A DNA stretch of 63,699 nucleotides, filler included, from Bipalium vagum (Eukaryota): assembly GCA_037834085.1 (NCBI GenBank). It is 3 parts of 3 records of this genome, joined end to end, with 100 filler letters (N's around TTAATTAATTAA, not from the genome) between each part and the next. Parts side by side here need not be neighbours in the genome. Positions count along the whole stretch, not along the records: positions 1 to 23,991 come from JBBMKC010204046.1; 2 more parts are not named here. One strand, 5' to 3'. The translations under genes were made by a program, and so were the position numbers. Under the pieces are notes generated by a model that was not told the origin of the DNA, ran no database searches, and worked only from the letters and a program-made list of their open reading frames with translations. This document shows, in pieces, positions 1 to 12,400 of the stretch (the stretch's first letter is position 1; each line of letters begins with the position of its first letter).

Positions 1-779
1 TCAAAAATATATAATATTTATTCTTTTATCACAAAAATAACAAGTGTCAGAAAAAATATTTCCACCAGTATATATATATATATATAATAGCAAAATATTA
101 GTTATAAAACATACAAAAAACCGCTCACAAAGAGACGCACAAGAAAAGGCATAAAACGATGCAAAGGAGAACGATTGAAAGCGCGAATAAGAGAAACAGA
201 TCAATGAGTCACTCAAGAACCCTATAGATTTTGGACTTACAACGCTTTTGAAGACGCTCTGATCAAATAATCTCACAAAAAAAGGCAACGAAAAGAAAAC
301 AGAAAAGCCGTTATAGTACCAAATTAATACAATTTAATAAAAAATTTAGTAAGAAACTCTGTGCGATAATCGTAACAGAAGCTTAAATATAAATATCAAA
401 CCTTTATTATAAACTAAGAAGTAGTCGTTGCTGATTAACTTGATAATATTATTAATACTTTCCTATAAATAATTGTTCTAAACTTTTTCGAGAATCAAAT
501 AATTTTTTTCCAGCTACTTCTTTTTTTTTACAATTGCTGAGGGCTTTTGTGCACTAATCTAAGTTCGTGAAAAAAGATTTCTTTAACTTTTTCTTTTAAA
601 GTATCATGTTGTAAAAATCATAATTTCAAATAAATATTTCGAAAAAAAAGTGTTATCTTAGTTAATTTGAATTTTTATTTGACCGTTTATATTTTACATT
701 TGTGATACTAAAATTTGATATTTTTGCTTTGAATGTTCATCTGTAATTCCTCATGATCATAATAATTTTTATTAAGTTA

Positions 780-1262
780 CTTAAAGTCTCTCATACAAAC
801 ATGCAATCTCATACCATCAATCCGTTAATCCTCTTCATCATATTTATAAACTTCATGACCATGATTAACATCAAAAACATCTTTGAATCATTTACCGAGC
901 TTCATTTTCTTCTTAGTTGATTATTGGTTTTTCGTAACTCTTCTTTTGTTGTTATTATTAGTCTTGCTCTTTGTTTAAATTCTCATCGGCTCATGAAAGC
1001 TCTGGTGGTTTTTCCGTAGTTGATACAGTTCTGATTCTGATTTCCGCTCAGTTCCCAGTAGGCTAAGGCAACCTAGACTTAATAATTAATTAATAACTGT
1101 ATTTCTTCTTCTCGACTTCCTATTTACCGGTCATTTTTAGAATTAAACCTGTCCATTTTTAGCTGCTGCATCTTCATGATTTTCAATGATAGTGTTACGC
1201 TATTAAATTACTATAAACCTCATCATAAAACTTAGCTCGTGAAGTCACTGATCCATTTCCAT
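780..1262 (-). pseudogene. Possible decayed Gag-like remnant
   Basis: Minus strand has a corrupted zinc-knuckle-like stretch (RCF*C..HGHEVYK) downstream of an LTR-like island; many stops. Confidence 0.2.
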
Positions 1263-1264
1263 TT

Positions 1265-1980
1265 GTCAAAAAGTGTATACAAATGAATGAATCAAAACAA
1301 CTACAAATAACACTTTATTACCAAAGTTACAACCAAGATGTCTCAAATGATCAAATCTAATTGTCAATAAAAATGTCTGCAAACACTCAATCAAATGTTT
1401 CGGTGACTATAAAATTAAAAGAAAACAAAGAATCAATCAATAATCAAATAATATCAATTAAACCAAAATGTTTATTAATAGAATCAAATGTTTAATCAAA
1501 TTGTCAATTATAGGTTAATGTTAAACAGAAAAAAAATAAAAAGAAAACACTGATACTCTCACCGATTTAGTCGACGAAGAGTACAAAGGGTGGCTTGTTG
1601 AACCCAATCCGGTTCACTCAGAAACTCCCTAACAGCAAAGGACCCATCGTAAGCTTTTCTTTTATATCTGAGGGCATTAAAAATTGAAATCTTCTGATAA
1701 CAGTTTTCGATTTTCTGACAGATAATTCTTCCGACACAATTTTTCTTCAAACAAAAATTAAGTCGAGATCTCTTTTTGTGAAAATCCACTTCGGATTCCA
1801 ACTCTTTAAATACTATTCTGGTCAGACGATCAATAAGTCGTAGACCAATTTCATCACTGGGGAATGTCCATTCCCTTTCAAGATCTGTATTCCTAAATCG
1901 GACCCTCCTAGCGAACCCTGATCTAATCTTGGTAATTTTTTTCACCATTGTTAATCTTTTCACCATTGCAAGATTAGATC
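1265..1980 (-). mobile_element. LTR-like promoter/leader island
   Basis: GC-enriched with short palindromes (gggaatg-tc-cattccc), TATAAAA on minus at ~1666-1660, GGTGAG at 1563-1558, then a T/G-rich TTGATT-repeat tract. Confidence 0.35.
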
Positions 1981-2157
1981 AATTTATTAATATTTACTGT
2001 TATTAATATTTACACTTTTAATTAATTATAATAATTTTTTTTAGTATTATTATTATTTTACTTCTGACCCTTTTTTATTATTTAAAATATAAAATTTACT
2101 ATGTTTACAAGGATATGTCCTTCGCTAACCCAACAATAGCATAAAATGATAGACATA

Positions 2158-3448
2158 TCAGATAACGAACTAAGTTTTTTTTGTTTTTTCAGCCGTTTAA
2201 ATTTGTTAGCCCCTGGGATTCCCATTTATCTACCGAATTAAATTTTCCTTGTTTTGGTTTGCTGTTTATATATGCGAGTTTCAAATTTACTGTATAATTA
2301 ACGCTATTAATCATTATCCTCTGCAATAGGTGCTCCAAAAGTTCGCTGGACAAATCACAAATTCGAGCAATTATTTATTACGAATGGAAAAATAACACAA
2401 GCACAAATGAAACTGTCTCAAAACTTAACGAGGTGCTTGGTGAAAGAACAATGCAACTGCGAACAGTGCAAAATTGGTTTTAAAAATTCAATTTTTTATT
2501 GGAAGACAAAAATATGTCTGGAAGGCTAAAAGAGTTGGAGGATTATCAAATTATGGACCTTCTTGAACAAAATAGGTCAATTAGTGCTAAACAAGTTAAA
2601 TATATCTGAGTTAAATATAAGCGATACAGACATAAGAAACCGACTGAAATCGTTAGGATTCACTTTTAAACTCGACAAATGGGTTTCCAACCAACTAGCT
2701 GAAAAAAACAAATTGGATCACATTGAAATTTGTTCAAGACTTCTCGAAAGAAACCGAAATGATCCTTTTCTCGACCGGATAGTCACTTGCGTTGAAAAGT
2801 GGATCTATCATGACAACATAACCAGACGAGGATCGTGGTCGTTGAAAGGAGAGCCTCCACAAAAAATTGAAAAACGCAACCTTACACGAAACAAGGTTCT
2901 TTTAAGCATTTGGTGGGATTCTCGTGGAATTATTTATCAGGAGTTTCTCAAATACGGAAAAACCATTAATTCTGATGTCTGTTGTGACATGCTAAGAAGA
3001 GTTCATGCCATTATGAAGGAAAATCGAAGCAGTTTGATAAACCGAAAACAAGTGATTTACCACCAAGATAATGCCAAGCCTCACAAATCAATGAACACAT
3101 TGAAGGTTATTCAGAAATTGAACTGGACTCTAATTGAACATCCACCATATAGTCCCAATATCGCCCCATCCGATTTTTATTTGTTCTGGGTATTACAGAG
3201 TCACTTGATGGGTAAAAATTTTAAGAGTTCCGAAGGTATAAAGAATGAAGTGCTTTCTTTCTTTCATTCAAAAGATCGAGATTTCTTCAATACTGGGATC
3301 GATAAACTTCTAAATAGAAGGGAGGCAGTAATAGAAAAAGATGTGGAATATCTGGATGATTAATTGTTTAATTTTTTATGATTAATAAATTAAATTTAAC
3401 TTCAGTTTAGTTTTTAATTTAAAAACTAAAACTTATTTTGTTAGCTGA
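2158..3448 (+). mobile_element. Full-length but inactive mariner (DD34D) element
   Basis: Imperfect TIRs tcagataacgaactaagtt / aacttattttgttagctga, TA on both sides (2156-57, 3449-50), length 1291 bp. Confidence 0.92.
2330..3363 (+). pseudogene. Mariner transposase pseudogene
   Basis: N-terminus QIRAIIYYEW...TVQNWF* has a stop and a frameshift. ORF 2563-3363 carries IVTCVEKWI (first catalytic D replaced by V), HQDNAKPH and YSPNIAPSDFYLF. Confidence 0.93.
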
Positions 3449-3571
3449 TAAGTATTCATCCCACGGCTAATTCACTTACCTATCATTAATTTATAAAATT
3501 TAGGTAAATAAAATTAGTTTAGACAAAACTAAATTTAGTTTTTATAAGCTTCTTCAACTTACATTAATATT

Positions 3572-3707
3572 ATATAGAGGTCCATAAAAATGTCGTTTTA
3601 AAAAACACAAATATTGCTAAATATTTATTATTACAGTGCATAAATATATTATTGTCCATTTTGTGTCGGTAAATAATTTTTTGAAAACATTTTTTGGACC
3701 TCTATAT
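3572..3707. mobile_element. Tc1/mariner-type MITE (~135 bp)
   Basis: Inverted termini atatagaggtccataaaaatgt / acatttttttggacctctatat; no coding capacity. Confidence 0.75.
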
Positions 3708-5020
3708 TTTAAGATTCTCGATTCTTATCCGTTAACTCAATAATAATCCTTTTATAAAATGTCAACGAAGAAAACTATTGTAAGTGCAAATTCCACAATG
3801 TATTGGATTCGTTTTAAAATCATTTCCATAATTAAAGATTGTTAAAATAACTCATATTTTAGGTAAAGTCAAAACATTAAATCCTATAAAACGTTTTTAG
3901 TTTTTAAAATTAATGATTATTAACTAGTTTTAAAAATATAATCTCAATCTCTTAAAACATTCCAAGAGAATTTAGAATTTCACAATTTATAGAAACGTCT
4001 TTAAGAGACTATAAATAAGTAACTTGAAGATATTTTTTCAATTCGAGGAAGCATTTTTAATTTAACAAAATCAACATTAAGTTAATTCGTAAATAATTAG
4101 TTTTGAATAAAACATTCAAAATGAAATGAATAAATAAAATTTTTATTTTTTCAAAATTAAATTGAACATGATCTTACAATTTTAGAACTTTAATTTTATC
4201 ATTCTCATATTTTATACATTCAAAATAGAATAATTATTTAAGAACTAGCTTCTGGGAAAATTCTGATTAGGCTTAAATTTAGTTCGAAATAATATGGCTC
4301 GTAACATAATCTGAAAGCATTAACTTTCTTTGCCTAAGTTATCAGTCTTATTCTGATCAGTTGATTCCGTTACATTACTTAACGGATTATAAATCATGTG
4401 TACTGATTGAGCACCTAGCATCATTGAAAAAAATGCTGCAAACATAAATAGGGCATCACGGGCATACATTACGTTACAGAACTTTAAAGAAAGCAGGATT
4501 TAAATCTTAAGTTAAATTTATTTATTTATTTAATGTTTTAAACAAGATTAATAGATGAATTTCAGATCCAATACTTTTAGATACATATAATTAATTTTAA
4601 TATAATAAAAAGATTAGATTAAAATAAATTACAATTTTATTTTTATCTTGATATTATTGGAAATTAATTGTAGTTTAATTTATTTTAAATTTTTTTACCC
4701 AATTTTAAATTATATGATTGTATTTAGTAAATATTGCTAATAATATTTTCACATAAAATTTGATATAAAAAACTTAGTAAAAAATAATTTCTAAATATAT
4801 TTTAAGCGTATGGAATGTGTAATAATAAAAAATTTTTAATTTAAAATCTATTTCTTTTTTTGTTATTTTGTATTTTAATATCCATTGAGATGGCCCAAGG
4901 CACCTACTATTAATAATAATGATGATGATAATATTAATAAAAACATTAATATTTTTTTAAACTTTCAAAAGTTAGGGAATATATAGGGAATAATTCTAAA
5001 TTTTAATAATTTTTGGAACG

Positions 5021-6720
5021 ATACATCTGAGTCTCGGCGTCGAGCCTTTGATGTATCGGATTTGAAAATTGTTAATAATTAACTTAACTCCGTCGTCGGA
5101 GTTATTTGTTGACATAACATATGCGTTTATCTAGCTTTGTCTCGGCATGGAGACAAAGTTAGAAATTATAGACTACTGTTGGAAATAGTCATCTCGAAAT
5201 AGTCCAATCTCCACGACTATATAAAGAGACGGCTATTCTCATACAGTACCCATTATTGAAAAATTATCGCAGCGACTTTTGACGATTTCATTTAAAGAAG
5301 ACATTTGCTTTTTGAGGAAGAGCGAAACTTTATTTTGGAAAAAATGATATTGTTGTTTTATTGTTGGGATGACGAAGACAATTCAGGACCTACTCGCAAG
5401 AACGACCACGGAGATTTTAGTAAATTTTTCTTTTTGCCACGTCTACGATATGCTAACGGAACAGGATCATACAAGGGAACCCGGCTAGTTTGTAAATCCC
5501 TAGGCTACCTGAAAAGGGCCTAGTGGATGACCCGGGACCCCCTTGTCGCACTGGGTGAGGTCATTTTCTTGATTTCTTAATTTTATTTTAATCGATTTTA
5601 TTCATTTTTGTTTTTGTTTTTGATTAGTATTTATTTAGTATTTTTTAAGATCATAACTTATTTTAACATCCGCTTACAGTGACTTGATTTTTCAGACAAT
5701 TGATCAGTGTTGGTTTTTCGTGTGAAATTGATTTAAATTGTGATTTTGGGGGGTTCATGTGACTAGTTTCGCATTATTATAAAGTTTTACTGTGATTTGC
5801 TTTGATTTAATCATGGTGCGGATAGAGTATTATCGTGTGAGCTTTGATTCAATAGATAAGATTTTATTGTGAAGATTATGATTAAAGTTGAGGTTAACCG
5901 AATTACGAGCACAACTTTATTAAAGTGAGATGTCACTGGTACACGAGCGCAAGTTACATTTTGAGATATAAAAGTAACATATCTTATATAATTTATTAAA
6001 CAAAGAAAATATATAAAAACAAACAATTGTATATAAATCTAAAATTAGAAAATACCAGGTTTCTTAGAATAGAAACCTAGCAAAAAAGATATTATACAAA
6101 TCTAAATATAGAAATAATGTAAAACAAAAAAATTTAAAAAAGAAATAATTTAAATACAAAAATAAAATAAACATTAGAAAATCTAATACATAAGGTCAAT
6201 TCAAAAACCAAAATAGACTAAAAAATAAAGACGACAAAAACGAGACACGGTCAAGACGAAAAACAATTAAAAATTATTCGAACAAAATATTTGGACCCGA
6301 CAAAAATATTCAAATACACAGTTCATCACAAGACGTCAGCAGACATTAAACCTTTGGAACGAAAACAATTCTTGTCAACAAATTTTGGAATATTTAAAGG
6401 TGAGCTTCAGACAATCAGACATTACAAAAACAAACAGTCCGCTACCAGACAATTAAATTGCAAAATATTTCACAGTAAAGCATCATTTCAGTCTCCAGTC
6501 ATTTCATTTACAGTTTATGCCCTTTACAAACAGTAACTTTTATTATTAGTATTTTAATTATTATTATTATTTAATTTATTATCTCTGGTAAACTATTACG
6601 GTTTACACAGACTATTTAAATTTATCATAAATTCATTCACTCTTCCGATAATCACTATTTTATAGGATAACCTTTATTTTGTGTTTCCATTTTCCATTTT
6701 TCTCTTTTTGTTTGTGATTT
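5021..6720 (+). mobile_element. LTR-like promoter/leader region
   Basis: Hairpin array 5021-5158, TATATAAA at 5218, structured leader 5471-5546, GGTGAG at 5554, then a GT-rich tract followed by an AC-rich tract. Confidence 0.4.
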
Positions 6721-7059
6721 GCACAACAATTAGGGTTGGCAAATCATCTCAGGACCTTACCACAAGTTACAGGATAACTGTGTAAGAATTTAAGGACTCT
6801 TGTTTAAAATCCCTTTGTAAATTCACATTTTTACAAATAAAAATATTTGTATTTGATTTTAGTTGTTTTCATTTGTCCTATTTTGTTCCGAATTACATGC
6901 CATAAATCCTTCTGAGAGTCATATACGTTTATGTTAAGTAACCTATAAGCCCTTATCGATTTTATTGAATTAAATTTAGTCACTTTTAGGGAAACGTAAT
7001 ATGTAGCTTGAATTGAATTTAAGCTTACAAAAATATGTTTTCCAGACATCAATAATAAC

Positions 7060-7990
7060 ATGTGGTAAGGCTAAAAAGTACTGACGTCAACCCAGCATTA
7101 TTTTTCTTAACAACACGTGTTCATTTATAGGTCTCATTTCTCGACATAATCGTTGATTACATTAACGCACTCTTCCACCGGTCCATTGAAGCCTATTTCA
7201 GAGAAATTTGGATACCTCTCCAAAAGGAATTTTGTCCATTTAATTTTCATCTCATCCTTTGAAACAAATGTATATCTTCACTTTAGTTTCTTCAGATGAC
7301 TGAGCAACCAAAATCAATTGGTGCTAGATCTAGACTGTATAAAAGATGATCCAGGTGCACAAAGTCAGTTTTTGTGAACGTATCTTGTGTTTTCTTGAAT
7401 GTGTGAAGTTATGTGAATGTGAGCGTTATCATGGAATAAAAAACCTCCAGATTGTTTGGCTTTTGTTGGATGCTTCAGATTTAAAGGATTAGATTACTTT
7501 AATAGTCCTAATTTAAGGTTTCTTCAGTAAAATCTAACTTACAGATGCTATTGTTATCCCAAATGCGTTCAACATGGCACATTTCTTTGGTGATTTCTCT
7601 CTTTTGGAGTAATGAAGGAAGAAATTCAATAACCTCACGTCTGTAGTTATTATATTTAATAAAAAATCTGGTCCTACTACATAAAGTAGATGAAAATTCT
7701 CTTTTGTCTATTCATCATCTCAGATGTTAAGAATCTCGGTAAAAGCCTATTATATAACTTTTGAATTCCGATTTGTATTGGAAGTAGCTGAACGGTTTAT
7801 TGTATATTTTGTCTCTCAAATTGCTTATTTTGAGTAATTTTTCGTACATCCGTCACAATATCTTTCAATTTATTTTATTTTCGTTTTTTTACTATTTATT
7901 AGGGATTCTGAGAAATAAAAATATTATTATTTCTCTACTTTGTTTATTTTTCTTAGTTAAATTTAAAAGCCCATTTGTCTGCTTTACTTA
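7060..7990 (-). mobile_element. Decayed mariner remnant
   Basis: Minus strand FHDNAHIH, LYSLDLAPIDF, DYVEK*. Terminal tgtggtaaggctaaaagta resembles the end of the 52396 copy. Confidence 0.75.
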
Positions 7991-8893
7991 GCTTAATTGA
8001 GAAAATTCTTCTGTTTTCAATTAAAGATTTTGACACAAATTTTACCTCATCTACCTATTTAGAGGTTGTTATAGACTAAGGCTTACTAAGGTGTTTAACA
8101 AAAACAAAACAAACAAAACTCATTTATTTATTTATATTGATGGTTTTAAAACTAAATTCAACATTCAAAATAAGAATCAAACTGTTGTGCAGGTCAGCTA
8201 AAATAAGATTACCATTAAAAATAAAAATACCTATTCGATAATTTTTTGGCAAGAAATAATGACTTTACGCTGGCTTATATAGTGATTTTTAATATAATTT
8301 TACGTCAATATAATGATTAGACAGTTAAGCTGTCAATCATGATGTTATTACTTTAAATATTTCTAAAAATAATAAAATTTTAAAATGTTTTTAACAATAA
8401 ATAAATTGTGGTGTACTAAAGGTGAAATGCTACTGAATAAAATCAGTAGTTGTTATTAAGGTAATATATTTGTAAAACTATTTATAGCATTTTATTAATT
8501 AATTTAAATTACTTTTTAATTATTAAAATAAATAATATTAAAATAGTCAGCTCATTATTTTTCTATTATTTAAGATGAAGTGAGATCTACTAAAAAATGA
8601 AAAGAGTTGGATCTAATCTGGACAAGGATATATTTAAACTATGTTTATAGGTTTGATAATTTATTAAATTAATCAAAAAGAATTTTATTTTTTATTATTA
8701 TTGAAAACTCTTCAATTTAGATATACTATGATAAATTTCAATTAAATTGTGCATTTTTCAATAAATATTACTCCCATTGGATACATATTTATTTCAAGAC
8801 ACGTATAAAATTAAATTAAGCAAATTTTTTTTCTTAACTATTTTATTTTATTATCATCTATAATAATAACCTATGTACTATGTAAAAAAAAAC

Positions 8894-9176
8894 TCTGATT
8901 AGGATGTATGGAAGATTTGACACGAGTATGTTGACCTTTGCTCCTTTTAAAAATGTTTCAATGGTTTGCTGAGAACTTTCGTTAAACGAATTAAAGAAAA
9001 GACGAATTTTTTTCTATTTTTGAGATTATTTAAGTGTAAATTTTCTAAAGTCAAGTCAAAAGCTTCTTTGAATTTATCAATAGCAAACATAAAAAGAATT
9101 GTTTCTTTTAATACAGACAAAGATATAGGTCCACTGTCCACTCCGATTTCCAGAGCAACCTTATTCTCAATTTAAT
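8894..9176 (-). pseudogene. HemK/PrmC-family methyltransferase pseudo-exon
   Basis: ALEIGVDSGPISLSVL (corrupted ExGxGSG motif), FAIDK..AFDLTLEN, then after a frameshift VNILVSNLPYI (corrupted NPPY); bounded by AG and GT. Confidence 0.65.
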
Positions 9177-10249
9177 CTGTATTTTTCCAGTTTTTTAGCT
9201 TGAAAATTATTTATAAAAAAAACCTGAAAAAATGAACATTTTGTGAAAACGAAATAAAAACTTTGGCATTCAATAATTTTTTTGACCAGCTTTCCACAAA
9301 AATTTTTTATATAATTTTTGAAATAATAGTTTATTTTTATTATTTTTAATTTTAAGATTAATTTAATTAGCCAATTTAAACAAATGGCGCCTAAATGTTG
9401 TTTTTAACCAAAACTTTCTACAAATACGAAAGACCTTCAGATGTTAGATATCTATTTAATAAATGAAAATCTTTCGGATTAATATCATAAGAATATTATT
9501 TAATAAAATCAAATAATATTTTCATTGGACAAAATGAAAATCAACATTAAATACGTACTAAAATTAGAATCGAAAATATTCAGCATTTTTTTATTATTCA
9601 CAGAATTATATTAAAAGCGATGTTTATCATTTTTAGAGAATTATAATATTTTTTCTGGATTTTTGGATTTCCGTTTCAATTATATATTATGTTGATAAAT
9701 TAATTAAAAATGCTGGAAGCTTTAATAAATTTGCTGGAAAACAACTTTAATAAATTTTAAAAATTCAATTATTTAATTTTAATTTAAAAAAGAATAAATC
9801 AGGCAAAAAAACGAAAATTTTCATTAAGTACTCTTATGAGGAAGAGGATAAATAAATAACGAACAAATTAATAATAAACGCAAATTACACTGAAGAATTC
9901 AGTACATATAAAAACTTGGACTATTAAAACGGGAATTGTCTTCACAAATGACATATTAAGTCACGGACTTCTTTATTCGTATATACTCAGAAAATTCTGA
10001 CATAAGAAGCATAAAGAGCATGATTAAAACAAAGATAAAGACTGAAAGATGATTACAAAAATTACAAAAATAATTTTTAATTGCATCATATCTTTCTTGC
10101 TCTGAAAGAGCTTATTAAAATCCTCAACATTTGTTGAAATAATTTTTAGGAAATATATCAAAGAAATTGTTTAATTAAAATTCTGTCGACTTTGTCATTT
10201 TATTGGGAGTGCGGGTGAATTCCCGGAATTTTTCCATAATGAATTATAT

Positions 10250-10690
10250 ATGCACATTTTTACTGTTGGAAGTATTGTCCACTACCTGCAGCCATCTGTG
10301 AGGCAAGTTGTGTAATCCGCTTTGAAAGAAATCTTTTTTTTGAGAAGATCCAAGATTCGAGTCAGTTTTTGGTAACATCATACGAATGAAAATACTGGTC
10401 AGTCAGACTATGGCATGGAACAAGTGGTAATCTTAAGGGACAACGTATGGTGAAATATATATCTCTGAAAGATCTGATAATTTGCAAAGGATATTTATAA
10501 AATGAATATTCACAGTCCTTTTGTGTCATATTTTCGGAAGACTTTATAGTCATAAACAGTTTTATTCTTAACAATGCTGCTCAACAAACTAATTCTGATC
10601 GTTGAAGTGTATTTTGAAAGATTTTGTTTCATTTCTTTAAACAGATCTTTAATTTAAAATTACATCATTCATAATTGAAAGTCATCAAAA
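10250..10690 (-). mobile_element. Mariner C-terminal remnant
   Basis: Minus strand ...FFQSGLHNLPHRWLQVV, typical mariner C-terminus; heavily decayed. Confidence 0.6.
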
Positions 10691-10749
10691 TTTATTTTAT
10701 TCGGATAACAAGTTTGAATTCAATTTGCATTTAAAGAAAGATATATAAC

Positions 10750-11745
10750 ATGTTTATGTCATATATTTACAATAGAACAAAGAACAAATATTAAATTTTT
10801 ATTTTAAAATCGGGAAAAAATTACAGGCTTATGAATTGCTGCAAAAAGTTTATGGTGATAATTGCAAGTCTCATACACAAGTTTATAAATGGTTTACACG
10901 TTTTAAAAATGGCCTCGATTTTTTAAATGACGATGAAAAGTCTAGAGGTCCGGAAGCTGAAAATCGTTCATATTTAATTGGAACATTACGTGACATCAAT
11001 GCTTCTTTTAGTAAAATGACTGCGAGAATGTTAGCAGAAGAATTAAATACAAGTGTCTTTACCATTTGGACAATGTTAACGAAAGATTTGAATAAAAATA
11101 AGATTTGTTCCAAAGTTGTTCCCCATGCATTAAATGAAGACCATAAAACAGCTCTTGCTGAATATTGTTAAGATCTCCTCAATACTATTGAAAACAATCC
11201 AGGTTATATTATCTCAATTATAACTGGTGATGATACATGGTGTTTCAAATGCAATCCACAAATCAAGTCTAATGAATGGAGGTCAGTAGATGAGCCGAAA
11301 CCCATAACATTTCGTTTTCAAAAAACAATAAGTAAAACAATGCTTATTACTCTGTGTGATTCAAAAGGTATAGTCCATAAGGAATTTGTTCCAAAAGGTC
11401 AAACTGTTAATGGGGAATATTATTTAAATGTTTTACATTGTTTGTGCTCAAGATTGTTCGACTTAGGCTGAAATATCAAGAAGAAACGGAGCTGATTTTA
11501 TTGCACGATAATGCCCCAACCCAAAGACCAAAAAAATTTGTGTCATCGGACATCCACTATATTCGCCTGATCTAACAACATGCGAATATTTTCTATTCCC
11601 AAAACTGAAATTGGGATTGAAAGGTGTATTTTATGATGATATTAAAGCTATTCAAGCAGCTGTGATACGAGTTCTGAAGAAAATTCCTTTAAATGACTTT
11701 GAAGGTATGATTTAATTACATAAATTCGTGTAGAGTCAGAAGTAA
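10750..11745 (+). mobile_element. Mariner transposase pseudogene (irritans-like)
   Basis: EQRTNIKF, VYKWFTRFKNG, VVPHAL, IITGDDTW, GIVHKEFVPKGQTVNGEYY, LHDNAP, YSPDLTTCEYFLFPKLK; stops and frameshifts. Confidence 0.9.
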
Positions 11746-11749
11746 TTTC

Positions 11750-12400
11750 GATATCAAAATCCGTAACCTTTTTGTGATTTCTTGACGATTGTTGGACTTT
11801 CTAGTCTGACTAAATACTCCAAATTCAAATAAGGCTGTTAAAATTCTTTTCTGAGTTCGATTTCGGAATGGATTGTAGTATCATTATTTTAGGGATATTT
11901 GTCTTGTTTAATACATGAATTTTCTTTCTGGGACTATTTTCATGATATCTTTCACGAGTGAATAAATTAAGCTGAAACTATCTTTCATCAATGTCCACAA
12001 ATATATCCTATGTATTACGACGGTGTTGTCAGCGGCACTTTAACATTTTTTCCTTTTGATCATCTGTTATGAGAGAGCACATTTTGTCATGCACAAGTCT
12101 ATATTGAACATCTACAGCAATTCTTTACACATTACTCTTTGGGATTTCAGTAGCATTTGAAATGCCGGAGATGCTCTTCTAGTGGCGCTTACAAGTGGCT
12201 ACTGACACTGCTGCCCATAGCTCTACATAATTGTCATTGTCAAGTCTTTTAGATCCCTACTTCCTATCAGATGTTCCATGTTCAAAAAAACTAGTCTTGC
12301 AATTTTCTGAAATATTTTTGATTTACTATCTTGAAATATTGATACAAATTCTCCAACCGCACCTTATTCCCATTCAATCATTCCCAATTTTGACCAAAAT
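11750..12400 (-). mobile_element. DD39D-like Tc1/mariner remnant
   Basis: Minus strand IVDIDER*F, KTNIPKIMIL, KNFNSLI*IW, VQQSSRNHKK follow the order of DD39D motifs (IDEKWF, IPKVMFL, FDGKIGIW, AKRSSKNR). Confidence 0.55.

Noticed and set aside
1559-1966. 135-aa ORF as a protein-coding gene
   Set aside because: No recognisable motif; overlaps a hairpin/TATA island, so probably a chance ORF in GC-richer DNA.
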